Positions 39,919 through 54,302 of a stretch of DNA of 64,000 nt are shown piece after piece. Numbering within the stretch: position 1 is the first letter of the stretch; every line of letters starts with the position of its first letter. Below the pieces are notes generated by a model that was not told the DNA's origin, searched no databases, and saw nothing but the letters and a program-made list of their open reading frames with translations. A program made the translations under genes and the position numbers. The stretch comes from Octopus sinensis. Lineage: Eukaryota. The stretch lies in contig NC_043002.1 in assembly GCF_006345805.1 (NCBI RefSeq), positions 67,208,001 to 67,272,000 of the forward strand, in the 5' to 3' direction.

Positions 39919-40056
39919 CATATATATACATATATATTATACATATATATACATATATATAATATACATATATATATATACATATATATATATACATATA
40001 ATATATATACATATATATAATATATATTATACATATATATATATACATATATATAT

Positions 40057-40090
<34 letters not shown>

Positions 40091-40145
40091 ATATATATAC
40101 ATATATGTATGTATATACACGTATACATACACATACATATATTAT
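39720..40145. repeat. (TA)n/(TATATACA)n low-complexity array
   Basis: Direct reading of the sequence. Confidence 0.97.
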
Positions 40146-40504
40146 ATCACACACACATAACACAATCACTTGAGGGAGCAAAGAAGGAGTATTTTAGAAG
40201 TAGATGAAGTAGAAAAGAAAACTCCAGGAAGTTATGAAGTTCTTTAATAAACAAATCCATAGTATTTTGTTGTTGTGTTCCATGACATCCCAGAGGCATT
40301 GATCGGGTAACAGGCGTAAACGAAACTGCTAGGAGTTCATTCTTCTTGCTTACTTTATGCCTTAGCAACGGTCAAATCTCTACGCAGTCATTCGACATGC
40401 TAGAAATAACAGTCAAGTCTCTTCGTATCACACCATTACTCTCTTCGGAAAGGGGATAAATTGGTTCTAGATGCATTATGCATGAAGAGAAAAAGGAAAA
40501 TTAT

Positions 40505-41300
40505 GCAGGCGTGGCTGTGTGGTAAGAAGCTATATAGATCCGGGTTCAGTCCCACTATGTGGCACAGCATCGAGCTGTCCAAAATCTTGTGAATGGATTT
40601 CGGTAGACGTAAACTGAAAGAAGCCCGTCGTATATCTATATATATATATTTGTATTTATGTAGTAAATGAAAGACGGAAGAAGAATATACGAGAATTTAT
40701 TATTAATCACGACAATTGTTTCGAAACATCCAGCATCGATCCCTCATGGGTGGGACACTCAACAACTGGTTCAGGCGCATCGGGCGGTGTAGATGTATCT
40801 CATCGGGTAATAAATAAATACAACTCGTTAAAATATATATAATTCATAACATAGCCCTTGTTTTTCCTGTGTCATCTCATTTTCTCATTACTGCTCTATG
40901 CTCGTCAAATACTTTGTTCTCAAACATACATATATTAATTTCTACATCAGGTTATTAGTTTCGAAATGCCGAAGCGCAATACATGTGTGTGTGTGTGTGT
41001 GTATGTCTCTCTCTCATATATATATATATATATGTATGTATGTATATACACAATATAATATATGTGTGTGTGTGTCTTTGTGCCTGTGATTGTCCCCCAC
41101 CACTGCTTGACAACGAGTGTTGGTTCATATTCGTCCCCTAACTTTGTGGTTCGGTCGGCCAAAGAAATCGGGAGAATAAGTATCAGGCTTTGAAGAGAAA
41201 ACGTACTGAGGGTCGATTCATTCGACTAAAAATTCTTCAAGTCAGTGCCACAGCATGGCTGCAGTCTAATGACTAAAACAAGTAAAAAATGAAAAAGTAA
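40505..41300 (+). mobile_element. Family-A SINE halves (40505-40630 and 41060-41300) with intervening sequence
   Basis: The 5' half and 3' half each match family A. Whether they belong to one interrupted copy is uncertain. Confidence 0.65.
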
Positions 41301-41339
41301 AGAGTCATCGACTCTAACTCGTGTGGAGTACATTTATAA

Positions 41340-41371
41340 CAGACAGACAGACAGACAGACAGAACGATAGC

Positions 41372-41418
<47 letters not shown>

Positions 41419-41575
41419 GTAGGTAGATAGATAGGTAGAAAGGTAGATAGATAGATTGGTAGAAAGGTAGATAGATAAATAGATTGGTAGAAAGGTAGAT
41501 AGATAGATTGGTAGAAAGGTAGATAGATAGATAAATTGGTAGAAAGGTAGATAGATAGATAAATTGGTAGAAAGG

Positions 41576-41645
<70 letters not shown>

Positions 41646-41655
41646 GATAGATAAA
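41340..41655. repeat. (GATA)n array containing six ~24-28-bp higher-order units (ggtagaaaggtagatagata)
   Basis: ggtagaaaggtagat recurs six times between 41433 and 41580. Confidence 0.95.
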
Positions 41656-42571
41656 AGGCGCGCTTCCAAGCTAGCCAGCTTGATATGAATACATATACAT
41701 ATACAAATACACATACATATACAAATATGCATACATACATAAGACGCTGTAGAGCACATGGATATACACACACAACACAAACAATAACAGGCAGACTGAC
41801 AGAAACACGTGCCCGCGCACGAGCACAGATGCATGTCTAAAAATAGGCGGAAGTCGACCAGAATTGGACAGCAGATGACCCTAGCTTACACCTTCCCAAT
41901 TAAGTACCGGAAATCTTGTTACTTGGAAAATAAACGATAGCAAACACTTTTATAGCTCGATCTTACTGATGTATCTGATAGAAAGACTTCTTAAAAAACT
42001 TAGGTTGCCGTTGATCTGTAACTAACAACCATTGTAGTGGCTGAGTTTTCAAAACCTATTAGGTTATCAAGTGCGAAATGAGACACAAGTGAGCCAAAAC
42101 AAAATGTCTCTAAAGATTTTGTATAAACATTACGTTCCAAAAGCACCAAGGTACAAATAAAAGCTCAGTCCTTACTGCTTACTCGATATTGTTCATGGCA
42201 CGCATGCGCCAACTCACACGCACGCACACACACACACACACACATACACACACATGCATAGAGAAGATAATACATATAGAAATAACTTTTACGCTCTATC
42301 AGTACTTATGTATATGTGCATGTATGATTCTTCCACTTCGTAAGAATATATATGTATGTATGTATGTATGTATATATGGAGGGGTTATGTAATCATACGG
42401 GTGTGCATACATGTATGTATATATTCATGCATCTAGTTATGTGTGTATTAATGTGTGTATGTATGTATGTATGTATGTATGTATGTATGTATGTATGTAT
42501 GTATGTATGAGTTCTGAATAGCAAGTATTTATGAATGTATGTCATATATACGTGTGTGTGGGGGGGGTAAA

Positions 42572-42896
42572 GACCCTCTTCGGTCATGAATGACCATGGA
42601 ATTGCACCTAGACAGTTCCCCTCCGAAGTACAACTCCAAGCGAGGTTGTTTATGGAAGACCAGCAATCGCATATGCATACCAGGCTCCCCTCTCCACGCC
42701 ACTGATGTTGTCCAAAGAAAAGGCAAAGGCCGATACAGTTTGGCACCAGTGACGTCGCAACCCATTTCTTCAGCTGAGTGAACTGGTGTAACGTGAAATA
42801 CAGTGTTTTGCTCAAGAACACAACGCACAGCCCAATCCGAGAATCGAACTCACTACATCGTGAGATCAACGCTCTAGCCACTGAGCCATGTGCCTT
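42572..42896 (-). mobile_element. Family-B CORE-like SINE
   Basis: Reverse complement of the 18311-18636 type. An additional isolated head lies at ~42905-42970. Confidence 0.9.
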
Positions 42897-42989
42897 CGCA
42901 ACACAACACACAGTCCGGTTCGGGAATCAAACTCACTACCTCATGATTGTGAGCTCGACGTTCTAACCACGTGTGTTGTTTGTTCCTTC

Positions 42990-43227
42990 TCGAGTCATGC
43001 TCATAAGGGCCCGTCTCCCAGCTTCCCGGTTTCATTAGTATATAGGTTCCCCACCTAACAGGACGCCGGTTCGTCGCAGGTGAGCTGCAAGATGCAGGAG
43101 AAAAGAGTGAGAAAGAATAGAGCTTAGGTATTTTGCTCATAAACATTCACATCGCCAGGCCTGAGATTCGAACCTGCGATTCCACGACTGTGAGTCCGCT
43201 GCTCTAGCCACTAGGCCATGTGCCTCC
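42990..43227 (-). mobile_element. Family-D (V-domain-like) SINE
   Basis: Head ggaggcacatggcctagtggctagagc...ggttcgaatctc. The minus-strand motif is cctgcgacgaaccggcgtcctgttagg. Confidence 0.7.
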
Positions 43228-43233
43228 ACATAT

Positions 43234-43264
<31 letters not shown>

Positions 43265-43265
43265 C

Positions 43266-43300
<35 letters not shown>

Positions 43301-43890
43301 GATATAGATAGATAGATAGATATACATATATATATATATATACAAATATGTGTTTTTGCGCGCGCGCGCGTGTGCGTGTGTGTGTGTGTGTGTGTGTTTA
43401 TCTGTGTATGTGTGCCATTACTTGTTCGAAACAAGTTAGATTTTGAACGTAGATGTTGCGAATGTATATTTGGCTATAACATATCTCATGTGCGTATTTG
43501 TATGTGTGTATGTATTCTTGATTAAAAGTGTGTATTTTTTCTTTGTAACTTATGAAATGAATGTGTATATAAGTATGGCCATGTGTATAAGTAGGTATTC
43601 ATGTATGAGTATAATCAGTTTCCGCTTTGTGAATGATTATGAGCATATATGGAAACAAATCTGAGTGTGCATGTGTGTATGGTTGTGTGTGTGTGCGTGT
43701 GTGTGGTGTGTGTAGGCGTTTTCATTGTGTTTAAGTACGAATGTGTGTGTGTGTCTGTGTGACTGTGTATTTACACATATTTACCAATACACATGTGAGA
43801 GTACATATGTGAGTGTATAGATATACCTCTCTTTCATACATATATATATATATATATATATCTGTGTGTGTGTGCTTGCGTGTGTGTATG

Positions 43891-43928
<38 letters not shown>

Positions 43929-44027
43929 GATGGACATACATACATATAATGTATGTACGTACGTTTGTGTGTGCGTATATATATATATATATGAATGTAT
44001 GTATATATGCAGGCATGTTTGCGTGTA

Positions 44028-44114
<87 letters not shown>

Positions 44115-44654
44115 CGTGTATATGTTATTGTAAATATATGGGTGTCGCGCATGTCTTTAGTGTTCAACAAACTCTCTTTTGATCTCTCGCTACTGTCATT
44201 AAAATAAAGCCCATATGAAGCTTTTAGAAGTCAGAGCCAGAGCAGATGTGTAACGGATGAAGCCGTACGCTGACCTTTACTAAGGAAAACAAAGCGAAAA
44301 ATGTGATATTTGAACTAACGGAATATAATAACTAACCTCAGTCGGAGGTAACCCGACGGCCCTCCCAGTCGTTCCCTTTGAGATGTAAACAATTCCCGGA
44401 GTTTCTGTCGATGGAAAACATGAACCCAATTTTCAGGAAAGAATGCATTCAGGTCAGTTCCTGTTACCTTCTTCTTCCTTAGATCTGTTTGACGATTTGA
44501 ACCCAGCTGTGGAAGTTCACAAAATATTTAATTATACGGTGATCCGGCTTTTGATAAATATTGTACTTATTATACGCAATTAGGAAGACTTAAAGTCAAT
44601 GAGAACTAATTACTTTGGCCATGAACCTGTCACGCATCTTTTTATATTTTACCC

Positions 44655-45030
44655 CTTTAGTTGTTTCTATCATTAGACTGCGCCCACGCTGGGGCACTGT
44701 CTCGAAGAATTTCTAGTCGAATGAATCGACCCCTAGTATTTATTTATGTTTTTCCTTAGAGCCTGGTACTTATTCTATCGATCTATTTACCGAACCACGT
44801 AAACAAACCAACGCCGGTTTTCAAGCGGTGGTGGGGAGATAAACACACACAGAAACACACCCATACCCTCCCCACACACATATATATATATACACGATGG
44901 GCTTCTTTCAGTTTCCGTCTACCAGATCCACTCACAAGGCTTTGGTCGGTCCGAGGCTATAGCAGAAAGCATTCGTCCAAGGAACCACTCAGTGGGACTG
45001 AACGCGAGACCTTGTGATCGAGAAACAAAA
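44655..45030 (-). mobile_element. Family-A SINE
   Basis: Degenerate reverse-complement match. Confidence 0.8.
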
Positions 45031-45415
45031 GTGATGGTAGTAATGGTAGTGGTGGTGAGTCGAAATTACTGTGATTGTAATCAAATGCAATTATTATTTG
45101 ACATTCATTTAAATTTTGTGTGTGTTTTCGTACGCAGCAGAACCAGAGATAGACCTCGGTTTGTGTGGATGGATGGAATGAAGAGAGCTTTGGTGGTTAG
45201 AGGTGTTGGAGTGAGGGAGGCAAGAGAGTTTATAAATGATAGGAAAGCTTCAAGAGTCTTAATTTCCGTGGTTTGCAACACCAAAGTACTAAAAAATAAA
45301 ACCAAGAAATCCCACCCAACTCCTCGCTATTTTCTTTATCCATTGAACAGTGACAGCCATTCCAAAACTCCTTGGTTTGTTACTGCTTTAAGGTAAACCT
45401 GATTATTTCTATGAT

Positions 45416-45975
45416 AGCGTGTGGCGTAGTGGTTAGGGAGTATTTGACTCATTAACGTAAGATCGTGGGTTCGATTCCCGGCGGAGTGTTGTGTCTTTGA
45501 GCTAGACATTTTATTGCCCATTGAGTTCCATCTGCTGACAAAAATGAGCTGTTCTCGTATTTCAATGGGTCATCGCAATCTGTGAGACGCTGCATCTATC
45601 TTCCTGTGTACGACGTTATGGGTACGCGAGTTTGTGGAGTGCTCAGCCACTTGCACACTAATTTCACGAGCAGGATGTACCCGTTGAACCGATCAACGGA
45701 TCGTTGATCAAATCAATAGATCGCTTATCGAAAGCAGCGAGCTGGTAGAAACGTTAGCACTCCGGGCGAAATGCTTAGTGATATTTCGCCTGTCTTTACA
45801 TTCTGAGTTCAAATTCCGCCGAGGTCGACTTTGCCTTTCATCCTTTCGGGGCCGATAAATTAAGTACAAGAATGGCCCCCTCCCTGAAAATTTAGGGCCT
45901 TGTATCTAGAGAAGAAAAGAATAGATCGTTGATCGGATCAACTGCAACACTCGTCGTCATAACCGACAGTCTTCC
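45416..45975 (+). mobile_element. Family-E SINE interrupted by a family-C SINE (~45733-45920)
   Basis: Head tggcgtagtggttagg...ggttcgattcccgg. The E tail (gatcaactgcaacactcgtcgtcataaccgac) resumes after the C copy. Confidence 0.75.
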
Positions 45976-47099
45976 AGTTTGTTGTTAGTTATCTCTACAT
46001 GAGCTCCGTATATTACTGGTATTTTGTAATGTTTCCCGTGGCTATACTGAATTCAAGTCTCCAGTAATTAATTTACTGATTGGCTATCATCCTTATTAGA
46101 ACAATGTTGTGTGACACTGTTTGTTATTGGTTTGAGTTCAAATCCTAGAGTGGTCATCTTAGACTTGTTTTTTAATCTTGATCAATAAACATAAGTACCA
46201 GACATAAGTTGAAGTCGAATTAATCGATTATAACCTCCTCTTAGAAATGCGTGGCCGTGTGCCAATGTAAGAAATCGATAGATTAATAAAGCAAATGACT
46301 ATTAATAATATATCTGAGGCAAAGTCAAACAAAACGAAATATTTCGGAAAGAAAGATGCAGAGAAAGAGTGAGAGAGAGATAAAGGAAAAAAGAGGGAGG
46401 AAAGAAGAAGAGAAAGAGAGAGAGAGAAGCAGGAGAGAGGAGAGAGAGAAGTGTCATCTAACAGCACAGCAGTTGTCTTGAAACCAAACTACTTTTATTC
46501 ACAGTAAGTCGCTCGTCAAGCAATAAATTCAGTAAACAGTTGCTCTTATTGAAGCTAGATCGATAAACTGAAATCAAAACATCCCCATATTAAATTTCTG
46601 CTCTTGAAATAGCTCTGTTCTAGTTCTTTCCTGATTTTCCAACGGTTATAAAAATAAATCTGCCAATCCTTCCCCGCCTTCCCACCTCCGAACATTTATA
46701 ATGGTGAAGGTTAACAGCATCAGGTAATTTATGACTTAATAAGCTGCAACTATTAAATAAACTTCAGCCGAATAAATTAATATGTTCAGCTGTAAGAACA
46801 TCGTTTACAAATATGAGATGTTAAGGCTGTGGTATAACAAAAAATAGTGTGCTCTGTCGTAGTGGATGATGTTTATTGTCCAGTATGTAAGTAAGTTTAT
46901 CTCGAGGGTGGCCTGTGGTCATGTCTGGCCGTGTGATTACGTGCCTGGAAAGATTCTCTACAAGGTGCAAGTGAGAGTAGGACTTCTGAGGAAAACTAGA
47001 AGCTACCCTTCTCACTTCACGCTACCGATGATGCCCAAGGGAAATGGTGGGGGTGCCGATACAGCCGATTCAGATTACCATCAATATCTTCTTTGACAT

Positions 47100-47290
47100 T
47101 AAGGCGGGGAGCTGGCAGAGTCGTTAGCACGTCGGGTAAAATACTTAGCGGCATTTCGTCCGCCATTACGTTCTGAGTTCAAATTCTGTCGAGGTCGACT
47201 TTATCATTCATCCTTTCAGGATCGATGAAATAGGTAATCGACTTGCCTCTCCTCTTAAAATTGCTGGCCTTGAGAGAAAATTAGAAAGAA
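47100..47290 (+). mobile_element. Family-C SINE
   Basis: aaggcggggagctggcagagtcgttagcacg... Confidence 0.88.
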
Positions 47291-47577
47291 TATTTGAAGA
47301 CTTCTTAGTCCTATCCCTCATGTGAAACGAATCGCTGAGTGATTAACGTGTAGGGTTTGTGCTCTAACCTAATATCCTGTCTAAATGCGGATTTAGTCTT
47401 CATCTACTTAGCGCTTTAAAAATAGAAGTGAAACACGGACCCTGTAGATAGATGTGATTCGTGACAGGATTAGCTTCTAATTCCTGATACCTAATAAAAA
47501 TAAATAAATATTTTTAAAAAAAAACTGAAAACAACAACAAAAGCATATGCTCACATGGCAACATGCTGAAGATCAAT

Positions 47578-48535
47578 AGTTTTGAATTTTGGCACAAGGC
47601 TAGCAATTTTTGAGAAGGGGTTGAGTCGATTACTTCGCTCCCAGTCCTCAACTGGCACTTATTTTATCGACTCCGAATGGATTAGGCACAAGACCCGAAA
47701 TTTTGGGGAGGGAGCTAGTCGATTAGATCGACCCCAGTATGCAATTGGTACTTTATTTATCGATCCTGAAAGTCGACCTCGGCAGAATTTGAACTCAGAA
47801 CGTAACACAGAAGAATTACCGCTCGCCTTTCGTTCGGCGTGCTAGCGATTCTGCCAGCTCGCTGCCTTCCTGCAGAAGATTAATCTTTTCTATTTTATGC
47901 ACAAGGCCTGAAATTTGGAGAAAGATTACTCGATTAGACCGACCATAATGCGTAACTGGTACTTATTTCATCGCCCTTGAAACGATGAAAGACAAAAGTT
48001 GATCTCGACGGAATTTGAATTCAGCATTTTGTCCTGTGCACTAACGGTTCTGCCATTTCGCAGCTCCAGTCTTTTCTCTATATTGTTTTCAAATTTTGGT
48101 ACCAGGCAAGCAATATTGAGGGGTGGGGTAAGTCGGCTGCATCGACCCCAGTAATCAACTGGTACTTATTTTATCGACTCTGAAAGGATGAAAGGCAAAG
48201 TCGACATCGGTGTAATTTGAACTCAGAACGTAAAGACGGACGAAATACCTATTTCTTTATTACCCACAAGGGGCTAAACACAGAACGGACAAACAAGGAC
48301 AGACAAAGGTAGTAAGTCGATTACATCGACCCCAGTGCGTAACTGGTACTTAATTTATCGACCCCGAAAGGATGAAAGGCAAAGTCGACCTCGGCGGAAT
48401 TTGAACTCACAACGTAACGCAGACAAAATACCGCTAAGCATTTCGCCCGGCGTGCTAACGTTTCTGCCAGCTCGCCGCCTTTCGACGGACGAAATACCAC
48501 CATACGTTTTTGTCTGGCGTACTTACGGTTCTGCC
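47578..48535 (-). mobile_element. Array of family-C SINEs including a nested insertion with 15-bp TSD
   Basis: Units at ~47578-47868, ~47882-48062 and ~48085-48535. The inner copy (48250-48483) is flanked by gacggacgaaatacc at 48235-48249 and 48484-48498. Confidence 0.9.
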
Positions 48536-49650
48536 ACCCCACAAACTATACTTGTATCTATATGAAAAGCAATTATTGCAAAAGTAAGCAAATCAGCAAG
48601 TAGAAGACATACGGAATATTCCGATAAGATGAGTTCATGTAGTGATTTAGATAAATTACTTCACTGAATTCACCTCGGCTCCTGGGTCAGTTGAGAGAAT
48701 CATGATTTCTCATTTTCCTTTAAACTAAATCGCAGACTTCATTTAAAAGAAAAAGGAGAAAAAAATGATTGGAACAACTTATAAATGTAGCTGTATTTAA
48801 CATACATCGTAATTACCATTGTGTGGTTAAGAGAGTGAAATCTCCTTTAGTAATTACATACTGAGTAATCTTTTGTACATTGCAAACACTAACGATAAAA
48901 ACAGAGATTTAATGAGAAAAGCATAAGGACAGATGAATACATATATGTTTTTATATATATATATGATGTGTGTGTGTGTTAATAATTGGATTTTAACAGC
49001 AGTTATATAGTAAGAATCCATAATACTTGGAGGTTTCCCTTGAGGAAAGTAAGAAGCATGAGCTTATAGTTTGGGTTATTTAGGTACAATTAATTATTTC
49101 TTTTAAATTTCTGAACCAAAGCAATGTGTGTGTTACTATACAGCAAAACTATAAAAACATGGACGTTTTCTTATATGAAGTTAAGAAAGAAAAAACATCT
49201 ATACCAAACATACATAGAATATATGCCCTAATAACCACATGCACATACATGCATATATGCATACATGCATATATACATACACACATACATATATACATGC
49301 ATACAGACAGACAGGCAAGCAGACAGACAAGCAGAGAAACAGATACACTCGCGGACACACGCACGCATAGACACACAAACACACACACACGTTGAAACAA
49401 TTTGGACTCTCCTGTCGTACCAGTGATCGTGAGTTCCAGTCTCGGATCGATCAGCACGTTGTGACCCTGAGCAAAACACATCATTTCACGTGGCACCAGT
49501 CCACTCGGTTGTAAATGGGAAACCCTGAGACAGACCAACCTTCCGATGCGAAGGAGTGCTGGTCTTGTAGGAAAGTCAGCGGGCTGGCATAATTCAAAAC
49601 CTAAAACAATGTTAAGCTCATTGTAATCAGAGATGTATATGTATGTGAGC

Positions 49651-49771
<121 letters not shown>

Positions 49772-49794
49772 CAGACAGACAGACAAGCAGACAG

Positions 49795-50236
49795 AGTTTT
49801 CTACTCTAGACACAAGGCCCAAAATTTTGGAAAAGGGTCTAGTCCATTAGATCGACCCCAGTATGCATCAAGTACTTAATTTATCGAAGCCGAAAGGATG
49901 AAAGGCAAAGTCGACCTCGGCAGAATTCAAACTCAGAATGTAAAGACAGACGAAATACTGCTAAGCATTTCTCCCGGAGTGCTAACGTTTCTCCCAGCTT
50001 GCCGCCTGTGCGCTAAATACATACTTTTCTACTCTATGCACAAGGTCCGAAATTTTGGGGAAGGGTCCAGTCGATTAGATCAACCCCAGTATGCAACTGG
50101 TACTTAATTTATCGACCCCGAAAGGAGAAAGGCAAAGTCGACCTAGGCGGAATTTGAACTCACAACGTAACGGCAGACGAAATACCGCTAAGCATTTCGC
50201 CTGGCGTGCTAACGATTCTGCTAGCTTGCCGTCTTA
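49795..50236 (-). mobile_element. Two head-to-tail family-C SINEs
   Basis: Copies at ~49795-50008 and ~50022-50236. Confidence 0.9.
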
Positions 50237-50289
50237 CCGATATATATATAGCTACTTCCAATAGTTCGGTCGATACCGATACAGTAATA

Positions 50290-50525
50290 CTTTTTTATTC
50301 CTTTACCTTTAGTCGAACAAAACGACCCCAGGACTTATTCTTTGCAAGCCTAGTACTTATTCCATCGGTTCTTTTGCCGAACCGCTAAGTTATGGGGACG
50401 TAAACACACCAACTTCAGTTGTCAAGCGATGGTGGGGGACAAACACAGACACACAAACATATACACACACGCACATATATGTACGATGAGCTTCTTTCAG
50501 TTTCCGTTTACCAAATCCACTCACT
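50290..50525 (-). mobile_element. Family-A SINE, partial
   Basis: gaccccaggacttattctttgcaagcctagtacttattccatcgg...aaatccactcac. Confidence 0.8.
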
Positions 50526-51004
50526 GGGCTATCTAACACACTGTAAATACCAATCTTGGGCAATTAGGTTTCTCAAAATCAGAGAGCAAATAGGTGATTC
50601 AAAGACTACAGATCCAAGCTATCTTGAAATAAAGCTGAATAATGTCATACATACAGTCTAAATTCCAACAAAAAGCATTGTTTCTGAATAAGAAACCAAT
50701 TCTTTCTCTGTTGGTAAGAGACTGTCGAACAAAATAGAAAACATGACTCCACGAATATGTCAACGGACATACATAGATATGTGTACACTACTGATTAGTT
50801 TTTGCCCACGATTTGTTAAAACAATTAACACCTCTCACTCGCAATAGTCTTCGACAGCAAAATAATGCTTTTATCCGATCAACGAGTTTTAGTTACAACT
50901 ATGAAAGCCATCGGGGAAAATAACAAAATCTGTCAGAAATGTGTCAAGCACTCCAAACAACTCGACAGCGTTAAAATCAAAAAGTGATTATACATAGACA
51001 CATG

Positions 51005-51260
51005 CAGGACCGTGTGTGATTAAGAATTTCTCTCCACAATCAAGTGGTTCCGGGTTCGGTCCCACTGCAAGACACCTCGGACAAGTGCCTACTACAATAG
51101 CCCCGGGCCGATAAATGCTTTGTGAGTGAATACGGTTGACGGAAACTAAGCCCGTCTTGTATACGTATGTGTGTGTGCGCGCGCGCGTGTGTGCCTGTGC
51201 ATATGCGTGTGTCTTTGTGTTGGTACTTGACTTCCACATCTTGAAAACCACTGCAAAAAA
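51005..51260 (-). mobile_element. Family-A SINE, degenerate 5' half
   Basis: ggttccgggttcggtcccactgcaagacacctcggacaagtg is in family-A sense on the + strand here, so the orientation and bounds are uncertain. Confidence 0.5.
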
Positions 51261-51914
51261 TTCAAATCGATCATTAGAATCGAAATAGTTCTGAGTTCGA
51301 TTTTTCCCTCTAACGTGTTCCAACAGCCGTCACTCTGGGGGTGCTAAAAGCGGGGCTCCAAGATAGCCGTCACCCCATGACTGAGACAAGAAAAAGAATG
51401 AAAGAAGACATTTACAATTTTCTCTCCTCTCAAAGGGATCTATCTTGATAATTCTGCCTCTCATGAACAAAGAGTGAGAGACAGAGAGAGGGAGAGAGAG
51501 AGAGAGAAAGAGAGAGAAAGAGGGTGGATGAGAAACAAACTGACAGACAGTTATATTAATTAATTTATGATAAATTTTATTGATCTGACGAAAGAGGAGC
51601 AGAAGTTGTGATGTTGATACCTTTCCTAAGGCGTTAACTGCGACAACTGAATAAAAAAAATAGCTACAGAAGCCCATCTAAACTTCATACCTGACCCTAT
51701 TTTTCTCTCACTGTTTTTCGCTTTTTTTTTCTCTATGGTGTTTAAATTTATACGTGCAAAGCTAAAAGTATTGGCTTATAAATATTTCATAAAAAATACT
51801 TATTTACATATAATCTACGCACGTATAAAGACGATACGCTCAGGCTTTCCCCCTTTCAAGCAGACATATTTACACGTACCTCCCCCACACATACATGCAT
51901 AAGCATACACACGC

Positions 51915-52335
51915 GCGCGCACATATATATGTGTGTATAAAAATGTATATATATATACGTATATATATTATATGTATATATACATATATATGTATATATA
52001 TATATATTATATGTATAGATATATGTGTATATATGTATATATATATATGTATATGTATATATACATATGTATATATATATTATATGTGTATATATGTATA
52101 TGTATATATATGTATATGTATATATACACATATATGTTTATATGTATATATATATATATATATTATATATATTTATGTATATATATATGTGTGTATATGT
52201 TTATATGTGTATATATATATACACATATATGTTTATATGATATATATAATATTATATATATTATATGTATATATATAGTGTGTATACGTTTATATGGTTA
52301 TATAATATTATATAATATATTATATATATATATGT
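51915..52335. repeat. (TA)n/(TATG)n low-complexity array
   Basis: Direct reading of the sequence. Confidence 0.95.
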
Positions 52336-53061
52336 GTGTGTGTGGGTGTGTGTGTGTATGCACACACACTTGCAGACATGGCATGCAATTAGCACCCCTC
52401 CCCCACATACACATGGTGAATGCATTTCCTAATTACACATGTACGACCGTTGATAGCAATCATTAGAAGCAAAGTTGACAAGGCATACATACACATGTAC
52501 AAATTCACACATGCACATGCATACACATACCACATACACATTCACGCACTCGCATATAAATACATACAATGAATTACTTTTAGACCTACCACACACATCC
52601 ATAATTTTCATTCACAGATATATAACACAAAATACACTGAATTGTATGTATGTATGTATGTATGTATGTGCATGTGTATATGTATAAATATATATAGAGA
52701 GAAGTATAAATATATACATATATGTATGTGTGTATATGCATGTATATACATGTGTTTGTGTGTGCATACATACATGTATGTGTATACACGTGTGTGTGTG
52801 TGTGTGTGTGTGGATTTATATATATGTATATGTAAGTATATAAATATATACACAACATATTTACACACACACAAGCATATGTAGGACATATATATATATA
52901 TATATATATAGTATATATATATATATTATATATATATATATATATATACACGCGCATACGAACACACACAAACATACATATGTTATGATAGTCTGTATGC
53001 ACACACACATATCCATGCTTACATACTTACAACCACACTCATACACAAGCGCACACACGCA

Positions 53062-53103
<42 letters not shown>

Positions 53104-53510
53104 GTATTCAAAGGAAGGTGAATAATTGGAGGTGTAAGGCAAAAGCGAAGTGGTGTAGCTGAAATCCGGTGGAAGCGAATTGGACACAGCTCAAATAAGG
53201 AACTTCCGGATGCGAGCTTATCTAAAAATCGATCTTATGATAAAGCTAGCTTATCTGGCTTTTCTGACGTCACGTTTCCTAAGTGGTCAGTCCGAGACTT
53301 AATAAGCATCATCACGGTCGAAATTATGTTTGACCACTTTAAAAATTGATAAGTGTCCACATACCAACACGCTAACAAAACATACTGCAACACGTAGGCC
53401 CCCAAACAGAGTATATACGCATGCTGAAGGCATGCGTACATGCATACATATGTACGAACATGCATATACATAATACACACATCTATATATGCATACTGAT
53501 ATATTATATA

Positions 53511-53564
<54 letters not shown>

Positions 53565-53896
53565 ATACATATATATATTGTATGTATGTGTGTCAAATGT
53601 ACATGTACGCATACAGACACAAATGTATACACACATGCGAACAGACATGTACTACGTATATGAATGTGCGTATGTATGTGCGTGTATGAAAGACATGTAT
53701 GCACATTGTGATGTATATGTGTGTGTGTGTGTATGTATGTATATCTATCTATCTGTCTGTCTGTCTATCGATATATATATATATATACATATACATATAG
53801 ATAGATAGAAAGAAAGATAGAAAGATAGAAAGATAGTCAGATAGATAGATATTTATATATATATATGCACGTATACACACACACATACATATATAT

Positions 53897-53933
<37 letters not shown>

Positions 53934-54302
53934 CATTCGCTTTTACTGACGTGGTTTTATGCACGTAAGCCAAACATGGACTAATTCACTTACATAACAT
54001 GTACACATAAAATCACGCACAAACACAACCTCGCAGATAATCATATACGTATATTTACGCATACATGCACATACACATATATAGCGCCAAACATTACACA
54101 ACATATATGAAAACATTAGCCTTCTCAGACATTATACATGCAAACACACAAATACACATGAATGCATAAATATAAGCTTTTTTAATTAGGTTGAACTTAA
54201 AATTACAAGGCCGAGCCTTTGTGATAGAACCAGACAAACGTGTATGAGTGTACGTATGAGTGTATGTATGTATGTATGTATGTATGTATGTATGTATGTA
54301 TG

